Assembly: GCF_001194135.2 (NCBI RefSeq)
Contig: NC_068986.1
Span: forward strand, 73,462,086 to 73,501,266
Direction of reading: 5' to 3'
DNA length: 39,181 bases
Source of the DNA: Octopus bimaculoides
Lineage: Eukaryota
A model generated the notes under the pieces. That model had not been told where the DNA came from. It did not search any database and saw only the letters and a list, made by a program, of their open reading frames with translations. A program made the translations under genes and the position numbers. Positions 1-11,400 of this stretch are shown in pieces; within the stretch, counting starts at the first letter, position 1, and each line of letters starts with the position of its first letter.

Positions 1-129
1 GGCAGCAGCAGTTGATTCAGAATCATTGCTCTTCTTCATCACTTGTCTGCGTTCATGCGGAACGGCATTAAGTGTTTTCGCCTCTGGCATTAGGAGCGGG
101 AAGTCGGCCTCGTTGAAAACCTTAGCCAT
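1..129 (-). CDS. Possible 5' coding segment running off the window edge: MAKVFNEADFPLLMPEAKTLNAVPHERRQVMKKSNDSESTAAA (host first exon or transposon ORF; product unknown)
   Basis: ATG at 129-127 followed by 43 open codons to position 1. About 14 CpG in 1-340, far above the surrounding unique DNA. Peptide not recognised. Confidence 0.35.
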   Translation of the reverse strand, partial: MAKVFNEADFPLLMPEAKTLNAVPHERRQVMKKSNDSESTAAA

Positions 130-383
130 ATTCGTTTTAAAGAATATGGCTAGGAACGAGGAAGATATGTTTGAATTTTTGGAAATAAGGCTCTAAATAG
201 AGCTATTTCCGATTTGAAAAATATATGTTCACGAAGTATTTTGTGTTATACACAACTTATACAAAAATTTTAAAACAAAATAGGTCTTTTAAGAGGTGAA
301 AAATGCAACTTACATGGGAGCCGATGTGTCTACCGTCCGTCCATGATGATAGATAGATAGATAATAATAAACACATGCACTGA

Positions 384-599
384 AGGGCAGTGACCTGGCA
401 GAACCGTTAGCATGCTGGGCAAAATGCTTAGCAGCATTATGTCTATCTTTACATTCTGAGTTCAAATTTTGCTGAGGTTTTTTTGCCTTTCATCCTTTCA
501 GGGTTACTAAAATAAGTACCAGTTGCACACTGGATTGATGTAATTATCTTACCTCCCCAACCCCTAAAGTTTTCTGGTCTTGTGCCAAAATTTGAAATC
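384..599 (+). mobile_element. SINE family A (tRNA-like head ggcagtga..ggcagaa; central gcctttcatcctttc block)
   Basis: Matches other family A copies in the window. 18-bp TSD aataaacaca(t/c)gca(c/t)tga at 366-383 and 600-617 (2 mismatches). Confidence 0.85.
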
Positions 600-1333
600 A
601 ATAAACACACGCATTGATTCAATTTTACTTCTTTATTATTCATAAATTGCTTAGCTATTTAACCAACTAACTGATTGATTGAATAATCCCTCAGTTAATC
701 ATCCAATCAGTTGTGTTTGCCAAAGTCCTTTTGTCACCGTTTGTGACCTCTTTAATGACATGGCTTTACTCTTGATCAGCTTCAGGTCTGTCTGCCTGTC
801 ATTTACTTTAAAGTTCAACATTTATGCAGTTGCATGGAATTGAACCTAAAACTAAGACAGATACACCTAAAGTTGATCTGGAGTTGGGAGGGAAACTCAC
901 TGAAACGGTTGTGAATAATAAATAATTCTCAACATCAGTTTTCATTTTCATTTCTGTATTCACCTTTGACCTCTTCTTACTGTTCTCACAATTTCCCTTA
1001 TTACAATTTTACCTTAACATCTTTTACAATTAGCTTGGATAGACAAGGTCTCTAAATATAAATATACCCATATGATTTTAATACTTTGGTTTGTTATCTC
1101 TTTTTAACCCTTCTAAAGTTTACTATATTGGCTGATGTAATGTTTGGGAAAAATAGATTGTAACAATAGAATGAATACTGAAGTCGATGGAATGAAGATG
1201 AATCAATGTTTATTAGATCTTTGTAAATTATTTATTGCTGCCAAGATAATACTAGGTGTGATGATTTGGTAAAACAAAAGGAAAATTAGAAAAGGAAAGT
1301 TCTGTTCATAGTTGTTATGTATGTATCTTTAAT

Positions 1334-1560
1334 CATTTACTAGTTTCAATCACTAGGCTGTGGCCATGCTGGAGCGCTGCCTTTAAGAAATTTTTTTAGT
1401 TGAATGTATCAACCCTAGTACTAATTTTTTTTTTAAAGCTTGGTACTTGTTCTCTTGTTCGCTTTTGCTGAACTGCTAAGTTATGGGGATGTAAACACAC
1501 TAACATCAGGTGTCAAGCAGTGGTGGGGGACAAACAGATACAAAGACACACACACATAGA
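1334..1560 (-). mobile_element. SINE family B (CORE-like), 3' half; its 5' part resumes at about 2345-2440
   Basis: Reverse-complement match to the 3' half of 34310-34713. Split at its internal microsatellite by the fold-back element. Confidence 0.8.
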
Positions 1561-1584
1561 AAAAAAAAAAATATATATATATAT

Positions 1585-2297
1585 GAAAATAAAAAATAAT
1601 AATAATAAGGCAGAATGCTAAACTGAAAGCATATTTTAATATAGATGTGCATAAGGAGGATTAAAAAGGATTTCTAACCGGCTTTCATTGCGTGGCAAAT
1701 TTTCAAGAAGAGGGGAAATGAAAATAATGTTTTTTTTACAAAAATATAAAAAATATATAAAAAAATAAATATACCAAAACATTATATTGTCTTTGAGTTT
1801 TTAAAATTCAATGGTACTCCATGTAGATAATTGTTAGATAGATTAGGATGCATGGAATTTAGAATCGTGTTGTTTAAAAAAAGGCTGAGAGTTTATGTGT
1901 TAAACAGGAAGTGTGGTGTCAAAACAGGAAGTATGGTGTCAAAACAGGAAGTGTGTGNNNNNNNNNNNNNNNNNNNNNNNNNNNNCTCTTTAGTTGGAGT
2001 TCTGGACTCTTTGTCAGCAGGAAGATTCTTAATTCCATGCATCCTAATCTATCTAACAATTATCTATATGGATTACCATTGAACTTTAAAAACTCAAAAA
2101 CAATATAAGGTATTGGTATATTTATTTTTTTATATATTTTTGTAAAAAACGTTATTTTCATTTCCCCTCTTCTTGAAAATTTGCCATGCAATGAAAGCCG
2201 ATTACAAATCCTTTTTAATTTTCCTTATGTACATCTATATTAAAATATGCTTTCAGTTTAGCATTCTGCCTTATTATTATTATTATTTTTTATTTTC
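1585..2297. mobile_element. Fold-back element with about 280-bp inverted arms (1585-1866 / 2024-2297) and a central 20-bp tandem repeat
   Basis: Arms about 93% identical by manual alignment. Centre is (aaaacaggaagtgtggtgtc)x>=2.8 running into a gap. Confidence 0.85.
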
Positions 2298-2441
2298 CTA
2301 ATATTTCTCCACGTGCGGTTAACACAACTCCACCATTTACTGACTTATATATATACGACAGGCTTCTTTCAGTTTCCATCAACCAAATTCTCTGACAAGG
2401 TTTTGGCTGTGTTGAGGCTATAATAGAAAACACTTTCCCAT

Positions 2442-2469
<28 letters not shown>

Positions 2470-2486
<17 letters not shown>

Positions 2487-2700
2487 TTTTGTGTCTATGT
2501 TTGTTCCCCCACCTCCACTTGACAGCCTCTGTTGATGTGTTTGCATCCTTGTAACCTAACGATTCTGCAAAAGAGATCAATAGAATAAGTATTAAGCTTT
2601 AAAAAAAGAGATACTGGGGTCCATTCATTCAACTAAAAAAAAAAGTCCAAAGTGGTGCCCCAGCATGGCCACAGTCTAATGACTGTAGATAAAAAGAATA
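2470..2700 (+). mobile_element. SINE family B, 3' half
   Basis: gtgtctatgtttgttccccc...gccccagcatggccacagtctaatgactg matches the family B 3' half. Confidence 0.8.
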
Positions 2701-2829
2701 CTTCACCCCCATCCTCCAATTGATTGCATAGGTGTGTGAGTACATATTCAAATGAGTCTGAATATGGTACTATAACTGTTTGACGTTTAGGTTCAATTCT
2801 TCATTTCTGATATGTGTTTTGTTGTTGTT

Positions 2830-3010
2830 GTTTAGCCATAGGCAGGCTACTGGTTGAGCAGACCTATGATCAAAGACATTTTGGTCATGACCATCTTTCT
2901 GATCTATTTAGGAATAATGTACTGTGGACTATATTGTACAATATTTCTTTATTTAAGTTATCTGAAGAAGATTGACTGTTATTTCTAGCAGGTTGGATGA
3001 TCATTGGAGG
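2830..3010 (+). repeat. Interspersed repeat family D (gagcagacctatgatcaaag...gatttggctgctatttctagc); further copies at about 20235-20350, 29885-30058 and 34005-34060
   Basis: Shared motifs among four diverged copies in the window. Class unknown. Confidence 0.55.
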
Positions 3011-3480
3011 CTTTATCATTGGTATGTTTAGTGTGCGTGTGTGTGTGTGTGTGTGTGCAAAGCAAAGAGATAGATAGATGGAGAGAGAGAGAGAGAGAGA
3101 TGAAGGAAAATGGAAGAAAAAGGATAAAATTGTGATTCTGTTTATGGTTGTAGAATTTACTTATTTAAGCATTATTGGAATTACATAATGGATAGAAAGT
3201 TCTGGAAAAGAGGAGAAAGACCAGACAAAATGATTGGCTAGCTTTATTCTTTGGATTACTTAATATTTCTCTAACAGTGAATGACATTGGAATAGATCAG
3301 AATATTGTCTTTTATATTTATTTATCTCTTTTTTCTTCTTTTTCTCTCTTCTCAATGAACAAGCAATTTCTTGCACATTCTCATCTATTTCCTTGTTCAT
3401 CAATTTTTACAATTTTCAGTCATTTTCATAGTTCTATTTAACATATTACTTCTTCACTCAAGCAGCATTGATTTCAAATT

Positions 3481-3684
3481 TTGGCACAAGGCCACCAATT
3501 TCAGGGAAGGGGAAAAGTCGATTAAATCAACCCCCAGTACTCAACTGGTATTTATTTTATTGACCTCAAGAAGATGAAAGGCAAAGTCAACCTTGGTGGA
3601 ATTTGAAATTAGAACACCAAGACGGGCAAAATGCTTAGTGACATTTTGCCCGGCCTGCTAATGATTCTGTCAGCACACTGCCTT
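3481..3684 (-). mobile_element. SINE family A
   Basis: gatgaaaggcaaagtcaac...gattctgtcagcacactgcc is the reverse complement of the family A body. Confidence 0.8.
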
Positions 3685-3717
3685 AATAATAATAATCATA
3701 ATAATAATAATAACAAT

Positions 3718-3868
3718 AATCCCTTCTACTGAAGGCACAAGGCCTGAAATTTGGTGGGAGGGGACTAGTTGATTACATCAACCCCAGTGTTTTTGCTGGT
3801 ACTTAATTTATTGACCCCAAAAGGATGAAAGGCAAAGTTGACCTCAGCGGAATTTGAACTCAGAATAA
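3718..3868 (-). mobile_element. SINE family A, 5'-truncated
   Basis: aaaggatgaaaggcaaagttgacctcagcggaatttgaactcagaa. Confidence 0.75.
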
Positions 3869-3869
3869 T

Positions 3870-5312
3870 AGCTCTTCTATACTGCCTTTGGCCTGAACAG
3901 CCACCTCAAGCATTGGCGCCCTTTGCACCCATCAAGATGAAGAGGCTCTGTCATTTGCTACAGATTAACTATGTGGATACAAGTAAATGTCACTGCCACC
4001 AACACCTATATTGATAAGTGACTGATGAAAGGTATTTGTCTGTTGCACATCTCTGGACAGCATCCAGTAGAATGATATTCTGGATAACATGGACATTCGA
4101 TGACTGGAAATGCAAACTGTAAGTGTGAACATGTCATACACACATGTAACTTTAAATAGATAGCTGGTAATCAGCTTAAAGGGTTTACTGGATGATGCTG
4201 AAGTAGCTTTAGCCTTTTTGATGATTTTAGAAGGTTTGTCTAACCAGATCGTTGTTGATTATAATGCTTAGGTCATGTTCACCAGCAGACTTTTTAAGGT
4301 TGTAGGTAAATTCTGGGAGCTTTCTTCCTAAATAATTATAGTGGTGCACTTGTTTAAAAACAGCTTCAGCTTCCAATCAGCAGTTCATTGCTATATTGTA
4401 TTTGGATCAGTTTGCAGGAGAGATTTATAACAGATAGATCTGTTTTTTTTTCATATTTTTATCTCAGGGTAGAGCTCAGTGTTGTCTGCATATTTTAACA
4501 CAGCAACATGCTTTATGTTTGAATTTAGTTTGTTAATATACTGCAAACAACAGGGCGTCAGGAACAGATCCCTGCAAAACTCTAGATATCATTGCATAGA
4601 GTGCAGAATGTTGTCCTAGTACAATAACTGTCTCTTTTTGACTGAGAATGAAGTGTTCCAACCAGTTATAAAGGTAAGTCTTCATCTCCATTGCAGACAG
4701 CCTTGCCATAAGTTGTTTGTATAGAACAGAATTAAAGGCTTTGGTGAAGCTGAGATAGATAACATCCATGCAAGTGTTGCTATCTGTGATTCAAGTGATG
4801 TCTCACAGAAACTCCATGAGTTGGCCACAACTGCTGGAGTGTGAGATAAATTCAAATTATGAAGCTTGAATAAGGTTATGAGTGTTCCAGAATTTCTAGC
4901 ACAGGACTTCATCAACTTGGCAATGTAGCTAATGAGACTGACTAGTTGATAATTGACAGGTGATATAAGGTCATTTTTTCTGAATTGGGAAATAAAGCTG
5001 GGAATTTTCACTGTTCTCGAGTAACACAGTTATTAAGGCAGAATTGGAAGAGGAGTGAAAGTTTGTGCAATAAATAGAGGCTGTTATGTTTGAGAAACAG
5101 ATAAACAACACCATCATAACCAAGGGAAGTGTTGTTGCACATATGCTTGAAATGATATTACAAAACTGCAGGAATAAACTCAACAGATGTTATGGAATTG
5201 GGTGTCAGTAGCAGTAAAGATGGCACATTTGAATTTTCAACACTAAGAATGCAAGCACAGCATTCGGCAGTAAGTTCTGATACTCTTTGGGATCATCAGT
5301 AATCTGACCTGT
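3870..5312 (-). mobile_element. Decayed CR1-like LINE ORF2 fragment (reverse transcriptase region), multiple frameshifts and stops
   Basis: Track ORFs give PVNYQLVSLISYIAKLM (cf. P.NYRPISL.S...KL.E) and DVIYLSFTKAFNSV...WLEHFI...SRVLQGSVPDALLFAVY (cf. D..YLDF.KAFD.V...SGVPQGSVLGP.LF..Y). A VQRA-like C-terminal motif lies near 3920. Confidence 0.9.
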
Positions 5313-6395
5313 GTATGTATGATACATATATGCATATATATATATATATATATATATGTTTATGTATGAGTATATATGCATATATATNNNNNNNNNNNNN
5401 NNNNNNNNNNNNNNNNNNNNNNNNNNNNNNNNNNNNNNNNNNNNNNNNNNNNNNNNNNNNNNNNNNNNNNNNNNNNNNNNNNNNNNNNNNNNNNNNNNNN
5501 NNNNNNNNNNNNNNNNNNNNNNNNNNNNNNNNNNNNNNNNNNNNNNNNNNNNNNNNNNNNNNNNNNNNNNNNNNNNNNNNNNNNNNNNNNNNNNNNNNNN
5601 NNNNNNNNNNNNNNNNNNNNNNNNNNNNNNNNNNNNNNNNNNNNNNNNNNNNNNNNNNNNNNNNNNNNNNNNNNNNNNNNNNNNNNNNNNNNNNNNNNNN
5701 NNNNNNNNNNNNNNNNNNNNNNNNNNNNNNNNNNNNNNNNNNNNNNNNNNNNNNNNNNNNNNNNNNNNNNNNNNNNNNNNNNNNNNNNNNNNNNNNNNNN
5801 NNNNNNNNNNNNNNNNNNNNNNNNNNNNNNNNNNNNNNNNNNNNNNNNNNNNNNNNNNNNNNNNNNNNNNNNNNNNNNNNNNNNNNNNNNNNNNNNNNNN
5901 NNNNNNNNNNNNNNNNNNNNNNNNNNNNNNNNNNNNNNNNNNNNNNNNNNNNNNNNNNNNNNNNNNNNNNNNNNNNNNNNNNNNNNNNNNNNNNNNNNNN
6001 NNNNNNNNNNNNNNNNNNNNNNNNNNNNNNNNNNNNNNNNNNNNNNNNNNNNNNNNNNNATGTATGATATATATATATATATGTGTGTATGTATGATATA
6101 TATATATATATGTGTGTATGTATGATATATATATATATGTGTGTATGTATGATATATATATATATATATGTGTGTATGTATGATATATATATATATGTGT
6201 GTATATATGATATATATATATATATGTGTGTATGTATGATATATATATATATGTGTGTGTATGTATGATATATATATATATATATATATATGTTTATGTA
6301 TGAGTATATATGCATATATATATGTATGTATGAATATGTATAAGCTTGTATATATACATGTGTACGAATGTATGAGCATATTTTGATGCATATAT
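5305..6395. repeat. Compound (TA)n/(TG)n/(TATG)n minisatellite with an about 30-bp unit atgtgtgtatgtatgat(at)n, spanning a 672-N gap
   Basis: About 7 units visible at 6060-6290. Confidence 0.9.
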
Positions 6396-6926
6396 GTGAG
6401 ATATATATCTCCATCCGTCTCTATCTTTACCTCCACCTCATCCAATGCTTCACACTTTTTCTCTATATTTACTTTGCCTCATATTTCTTCATTTTTCATT
6501 TAAGCTCTCCCACCATTCACTCCTGGTAATCTGATTCCAGACCTTCACCTCCATCTATTTATTCTTCGAGTTTCTCTTATACAATAACTACAAAATCAAT
6601 TTTCAGACCAGCTTAAACCAGTTAGTTTTGTTTGTGTGAAAACTTCTGCCTCTTGACACTGGCAAACACTCTGATAAACTTTCAGCTTTCTTGCTCGCTA
6701 GTTACATCACAGAAATGTTTTGGCTGTCATCATTGTTGTGTCATCATCATTGTCATTCTCTTCCTTTTGGTTTAAGAAGGATTATCTCCTTGTTGCTTAA
6801 GCACTCTCTGTTATCTTTTTTTCCTCCCTGCTTCCAGTTTGTTTTCAAATCTTCTTGAGAATATCTGTCTAGTGGTTGTTGTTGAGGCATAAGATAAGAT
6901 GTTTTTTTTTATATATGCCAGTTATT

Positions 6927-7900
6927 TATGGTGGTGGTGAAGGTGGTGATGGCATGTATAGCACTGTTGGTGATAATGACATTATTCACAATACTGATAA
7001 TGATGGTGATGATGTTGATGCTGATGGTAATGAACTTGGATTATGATAATGATGATGACGGTTATGATGGTAATCCAATATTGATAACTACAGCAATGAT
7101 AACAATAAGCAGAATAATTATGATGATAGCAATACTAGTTGTGATGATGATGATGATGACAACGACAATGACGATGACAACGACGACTTTGATAATAATA
7201 AGAGTTGAACAATAAATAACTAAAATGGTATTGCTGGTGATGATGTTGATCATGACAATGATGATGATTACTGTGATGATAATGTTGCTGGTAATAATGA
7301 TGATGATGATGATAGTAACAATGATATACAATAAAATAATGGTGTTATAGTGACAATGATGACAATGATAATGATTTCTTTTATTTGCCGTGATGACAAC
7401 AACAATGATGAGGATGATGACAAAAGTTGACAATAAAAATGACTGATGATGATGATGACGGCTGATGATAATGATGACTGATGATGATCATGACTGATGA
7501 TGATGATGATGACGACTGATGATAGCTGATGATAGTTGATGATGATGATGATGGCTGCTGCTGATGATGGCTGATGATGATAATGGCTGATGATGATGAT
7601 GGCTGATGATGATGACTGATGAGGATGGCTGATGATGATGACTGATGCTGGTGACTGATGCTGGTGACTGATGATGATGACTGATGAGGATGGCTGATGA
7701 TAATGACTGATGCTGGTGACTGATGATGATGACTGATGATGGCTGATGATAACGGCTGATGATGATGATGATGAAGATGTCTGATGGTGATGATAATGAC
7801 TGATGATGATGATGATGATGATGATGATATCGGTGCTGATGAGTGAAATAAAAGTGTTGATAATTGTTCTAATGATGATAGATGACAGTTCCAATGACAA
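6927..7900. repeat. About 1-kb degenerate (GAT/ATG)n low-complexity tract
   Basis: Directly visible. It generates the spurious poly-M/D/I/H/S ORFs. Confidence 0.9.
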
Positions 7901-8610
7901 AGAATGATATTAAAGTAGAGATATTGATGACAAAAATAATTATTGAGTTGATAAGTTGTTTTTTTTTATATTAGTTCTTATCTATAGAAATGGTCAGCGT
8001 GTGCTGGACTAGTTAATAGAACTCCTTTCTGCTTGGATTGCTTTCATCTTTACCAGTCCTTGTGGAATTTAGATGTTTTTTTTTATGTTGCCTTTATTGC
8101 ATTTTATCGCATTCTATTTAAATTTGTGACAAATGTTGTCTCTTTGATGTTCTTAGGACCAAAGACTTCATTTCTGAATGTATATCACCATTATGTTTGT
8201 TTTCACTCTTTCTCAATTTAGAAATATCGAATATTACAGAAATTTGACCATTGTCGTCGTCATCATCATCATCATCATATCACATCACTTCCATTATTGT
8301 TGTTGTTGCTACTAATCTATCCTTTCAGTTCTGTTGCACACATGTATATGTACACACACATATGCATATGCACACATACACACATGTGCATGTACATATA
8401 TCAATGCTAACATGCAACTAACTCAATATATATATATATATATATATANNNNNNNNNNNNNNNNNNNNNNNNNNNNNNNNNNNNNNNNNNNNNNNNNNNN
8501 NNNNNNNNNNNNNNNNNNNNNNNNNNNNNNNNNNNNNNNNNNNNNNNNNNNNNNNNNNNNNNNNNNNNNNNNNNNNNNNNNNNNNNNNNNNNNNNNNNNN
8601 NNNNNNNNNN

Positions 8611-8695
8611 TTTGCCAAACTGCTAAGTTACGAGGACGTAAACACACCAGCATTGGTTGTCAAGCGATGGTGGGGGGACAAACACAGACACACAA

Positions 8696-8736
<41 letters not shown>

Positions 8737-8868
8737 ACGGGCTTCTTTCAGTTTCTGCCTACCAAATCCACTCATAAGGCTTTGGTCGGCCCGAGGCTAT
8801 AGTAGAAGACACTGAAACCGGAACCATGTGGTTGGTAAACAAGCTACTTACCACACAGCCACTCCTGT
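8611..8868 (-). mobile_element. SINE family B (3' part lost in gap)
   Basis: gggcttctttcagtttctgcctaccaaatccac...cttaccacacagccactcc, with an internal (CA)(TA) microsatellite. Confidence 0.85.
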
Positions 8869-9466
8869 ATCATTTAGCATCTATTTTCCATGCTTGCATA
8901 GCTTGGATAGTTTGATGGGATTTGGCAAGCCAGAGGACTGAGCTAACAATGCCGGAGTTTGTGAGACTATTTAGCCTCACTGGGCACCAGACAACCTCTA
9001 AAACACTGCTACAATGAAAAAATGCACACAGTATACTGTGTAAAGTGATTGGTGTTAAGAAGGGCACCAAGTTGTAGAAACCAAGCCAAAAACTGAGATA
9101 CTGGTGCAAGATGTGGTCCTCTGACGTTTTGGATTTTGCAGTAGTGGTAGATCTGTTATTAGAGTGGTAGATATGACATTGGTGGTGGAGGGTAGGTGTG
9201 ACATTGGTATGTGGAGGGCAGGTAATAAACACTGTAGTGGTTGGCATGTCTAGTATTGAAATGGTGGCAAGTCTCAGATTGGAGTAGTGGACGGTCTTGT
9301 ATTTGGGGTGGAGGACATGCCTGGCATTGAAATGGCACTAAGGTCTAACATTGGGTTAGTGGTAGACAATTGTCATTGGGATGATGATAGGTCTCAAGTT
9401 GTGGTCGTTTAAGTCTCAGATTGTGGCAGTGTCGGGTCTGACAAAGTGGTGGTGTACAATAGGGAA

Positions 9467-10265
9467 ATAGGTTGGGGGAGACGATGAGAAAGAGAGCTAA
9501 TGGGAAAGAGAATGTCTGAGAGTAGTAAAGAATAGAGAAAGGGAGTCAAAGCTTGGAGAGACAAAGGAGAAAGAGAGATACAACCATTCATAAACATACA
9601 ATAAAGCTATAGACACATACATATGTATTGCACATTAGGCCTAAAATTTTGGGGAAAGGGTTAGTTGGTACCATCAACCCCAGTACTTGATTTGTATTTT
9701 GTTTTACCAACCCCTGAAAGGTGAAAAGCAAAATCAACTTCAGTGTGATTTGAACTCAGAATATAAAGATCTTTACTGATGTTCTAATGATTCTGCCAGC
9801 TCGAACAATTATTGTTTCTAAAATTGCACCAAAGCTACACATTTGATGTTAATACTGTAAAATAATACATATCCCAATTACTTCCAGCAGGATCCCAGCA
9901 AAGTTTATCCCAACGAAATTCTGCATTTAGAGGGGATAAACAAACTAAAATTAAATCTAGTTAGGCCCCATACTTATTGAAATACTTGATACTTTAGTTA
10001 CTAAGTGTAATAGACTACAAGACTACAAATATGTGTATGCGTGCACATACACATTCACATATATATATGTATATGTATATATTCTAAATTATGTGCAATA
10101 CATATGTATGTGTCTATAGCTTTACTGTATGTTTGTGAATGGTTGTGTATCTCTCTTTCTCCTTTGTCTCTCCAAGCTTTACCTACCTTTCTCTATTCTT
10201 TACTACTCTCAGATATTCTCTTTCTCATTAGCTCTCTCACTCTCTCATCCTCTCCCCCAACCTAT
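9467..10265. repeat. Inverted duplication, arms 9467-9635 and 10091-10265
   Basis: About 170-bp arms, roughly 90% identical by manual alignment. Confidence 0.9.
9636..9803 (-). mobile_element. SINE family A, inside the spacer of the inverted duplication
   Basis: aaaggtgaaaagcaaaatcaacttcagtgtgatttgaactcagaa...gattctgccagctc. Confidence 0.75.
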
Positions 10266-10449
10266 CTCACCATCCTTTTCTAAAACCCAGAGTAAACATT
10301 ATCCATGAAAACTCATCTTTAAGCAGGCTGTGTTCTGGGAAGCAGTTTTCTTGTTTCCATGGCAATTGCATCAAATCTTGCCTTATAACACTTTATGCTT
10401 CAAGGATTTTTACATCAGTTATTGTAAATGATTCTTTAATCTTCTATTT

Positions 10450-11400
10450 TGTTTCCAACTGATTCAACCACATCTTCCTCTTATCATTATCCTCCTGCTA
10501 CTCCTCATCCTTTATTGTCTACATTTCCATCTTTTTTTTTTATTCTGCTTTGTTTTTTTAAATTTTATGTTTTTTCTTTCCTCTTCCATCTCTCTTCTGC
10601 TTCTTTTCCTTCTTCCTCTCCAATCTACTCTTTTAATTTCCTCCTTTCTCTCCCAATCCTGCCTTTCCTTTCCCAACCTCTCCTTTCTCTTTTAACCCCC
10701 TTTCTCTTTTAACCCACTTTCTCTTTTAACCCCCTTTCTCTTCAAAATTACCATTTCTCTCCCAATCTCCTTTTGCGATTCCCACTTTCTCACCCATTTT
10801 GTCCCTTCTGTCCTAGCATCCCCTTTCCTTTCCTTTTCTCTCTCAATCTCTCCTATTCCTTCCAATCTCCCCTTACTCATCAATCTCCTTCTTCTCCCAA
10901 TCCCAAACTCTCTCTTCAGTCTTCCCTTACTCACCCCATACTGCATTTCTGACCCAACCTCTCTTTCTTCTCCCAATCTTCCCTGCCCTCTTCTAATTCC
11001 CCCTACTCCCAGTCTCCTTTTTCCTCTATCAATCTCACCATTTCTCTCTAAATCTTGTCCTTTCTCACCAAAATCCCCCCTTCTCATTCAATTTCCCCCT
11101 CTTTCCCTTTTCAACTTAATCTCCTTCTTACCCTTCTAATCTGCTTTTTCCTTTCCCAATCTCCCCCATTCTTACCTAATCTTCTCCATTCTCATCCTAT
11201 CTTCCCTGTGTCTCTCAGTCTCCTCTTTTCTCCCCTACTTCACTCTTTTTTTGTTTATTTTTTTAATTCTTTCAGTTCCTTTATTTTCCTTTTTTCCTTT
11301 TCTGTCAAACACTTTCACATTTACTGTCTCTATTTATCTCTCCTTTTCTTCCTTTTTATTATTTTTTTCCAAATTTTTTTGTTTTGTTTTTGTTCCCCAA
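10450..11400. repeat. Strand-asymmetric CT-rich (polypyrimidine) low-complexity tract, including 3 copies of ttttaaccc(c/a)ctttctc(t) at about 10689-10742
   Basis: Very low G content on the + strand over about 900 bp. Confidence 0.8.

Noticed and set aside
825-924. Protein-like MQLHGIEPKTKTDTPKVDLELGGKLTETVVNNK* on +; similar short candidates at 14104-14151, 14375-14560, 21720-21830, 33790-33842 and 35385-35422
   Set aside because: Short open frames with ag/gt boundaries are expected by chance in 39 kb; none is recognisable or links in phase.
5296-6445. Long ORFs of 246-372 aa
   Set aside because: Translations of (TA)/(TG) repeats and N-gaps.
6928-7900. Met/Asp-, Ile- and His/Ser-rich ORFs
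   Set aside because: Products of the (GAT)n tract; 4-nt interruptions break any frame.
10689-10742. Interstitial telomeric repeat
   Set aside because: Only isolated taaccc hexamers within a roughly 18-20-bp unit, not tandem (TTAGGG)n.
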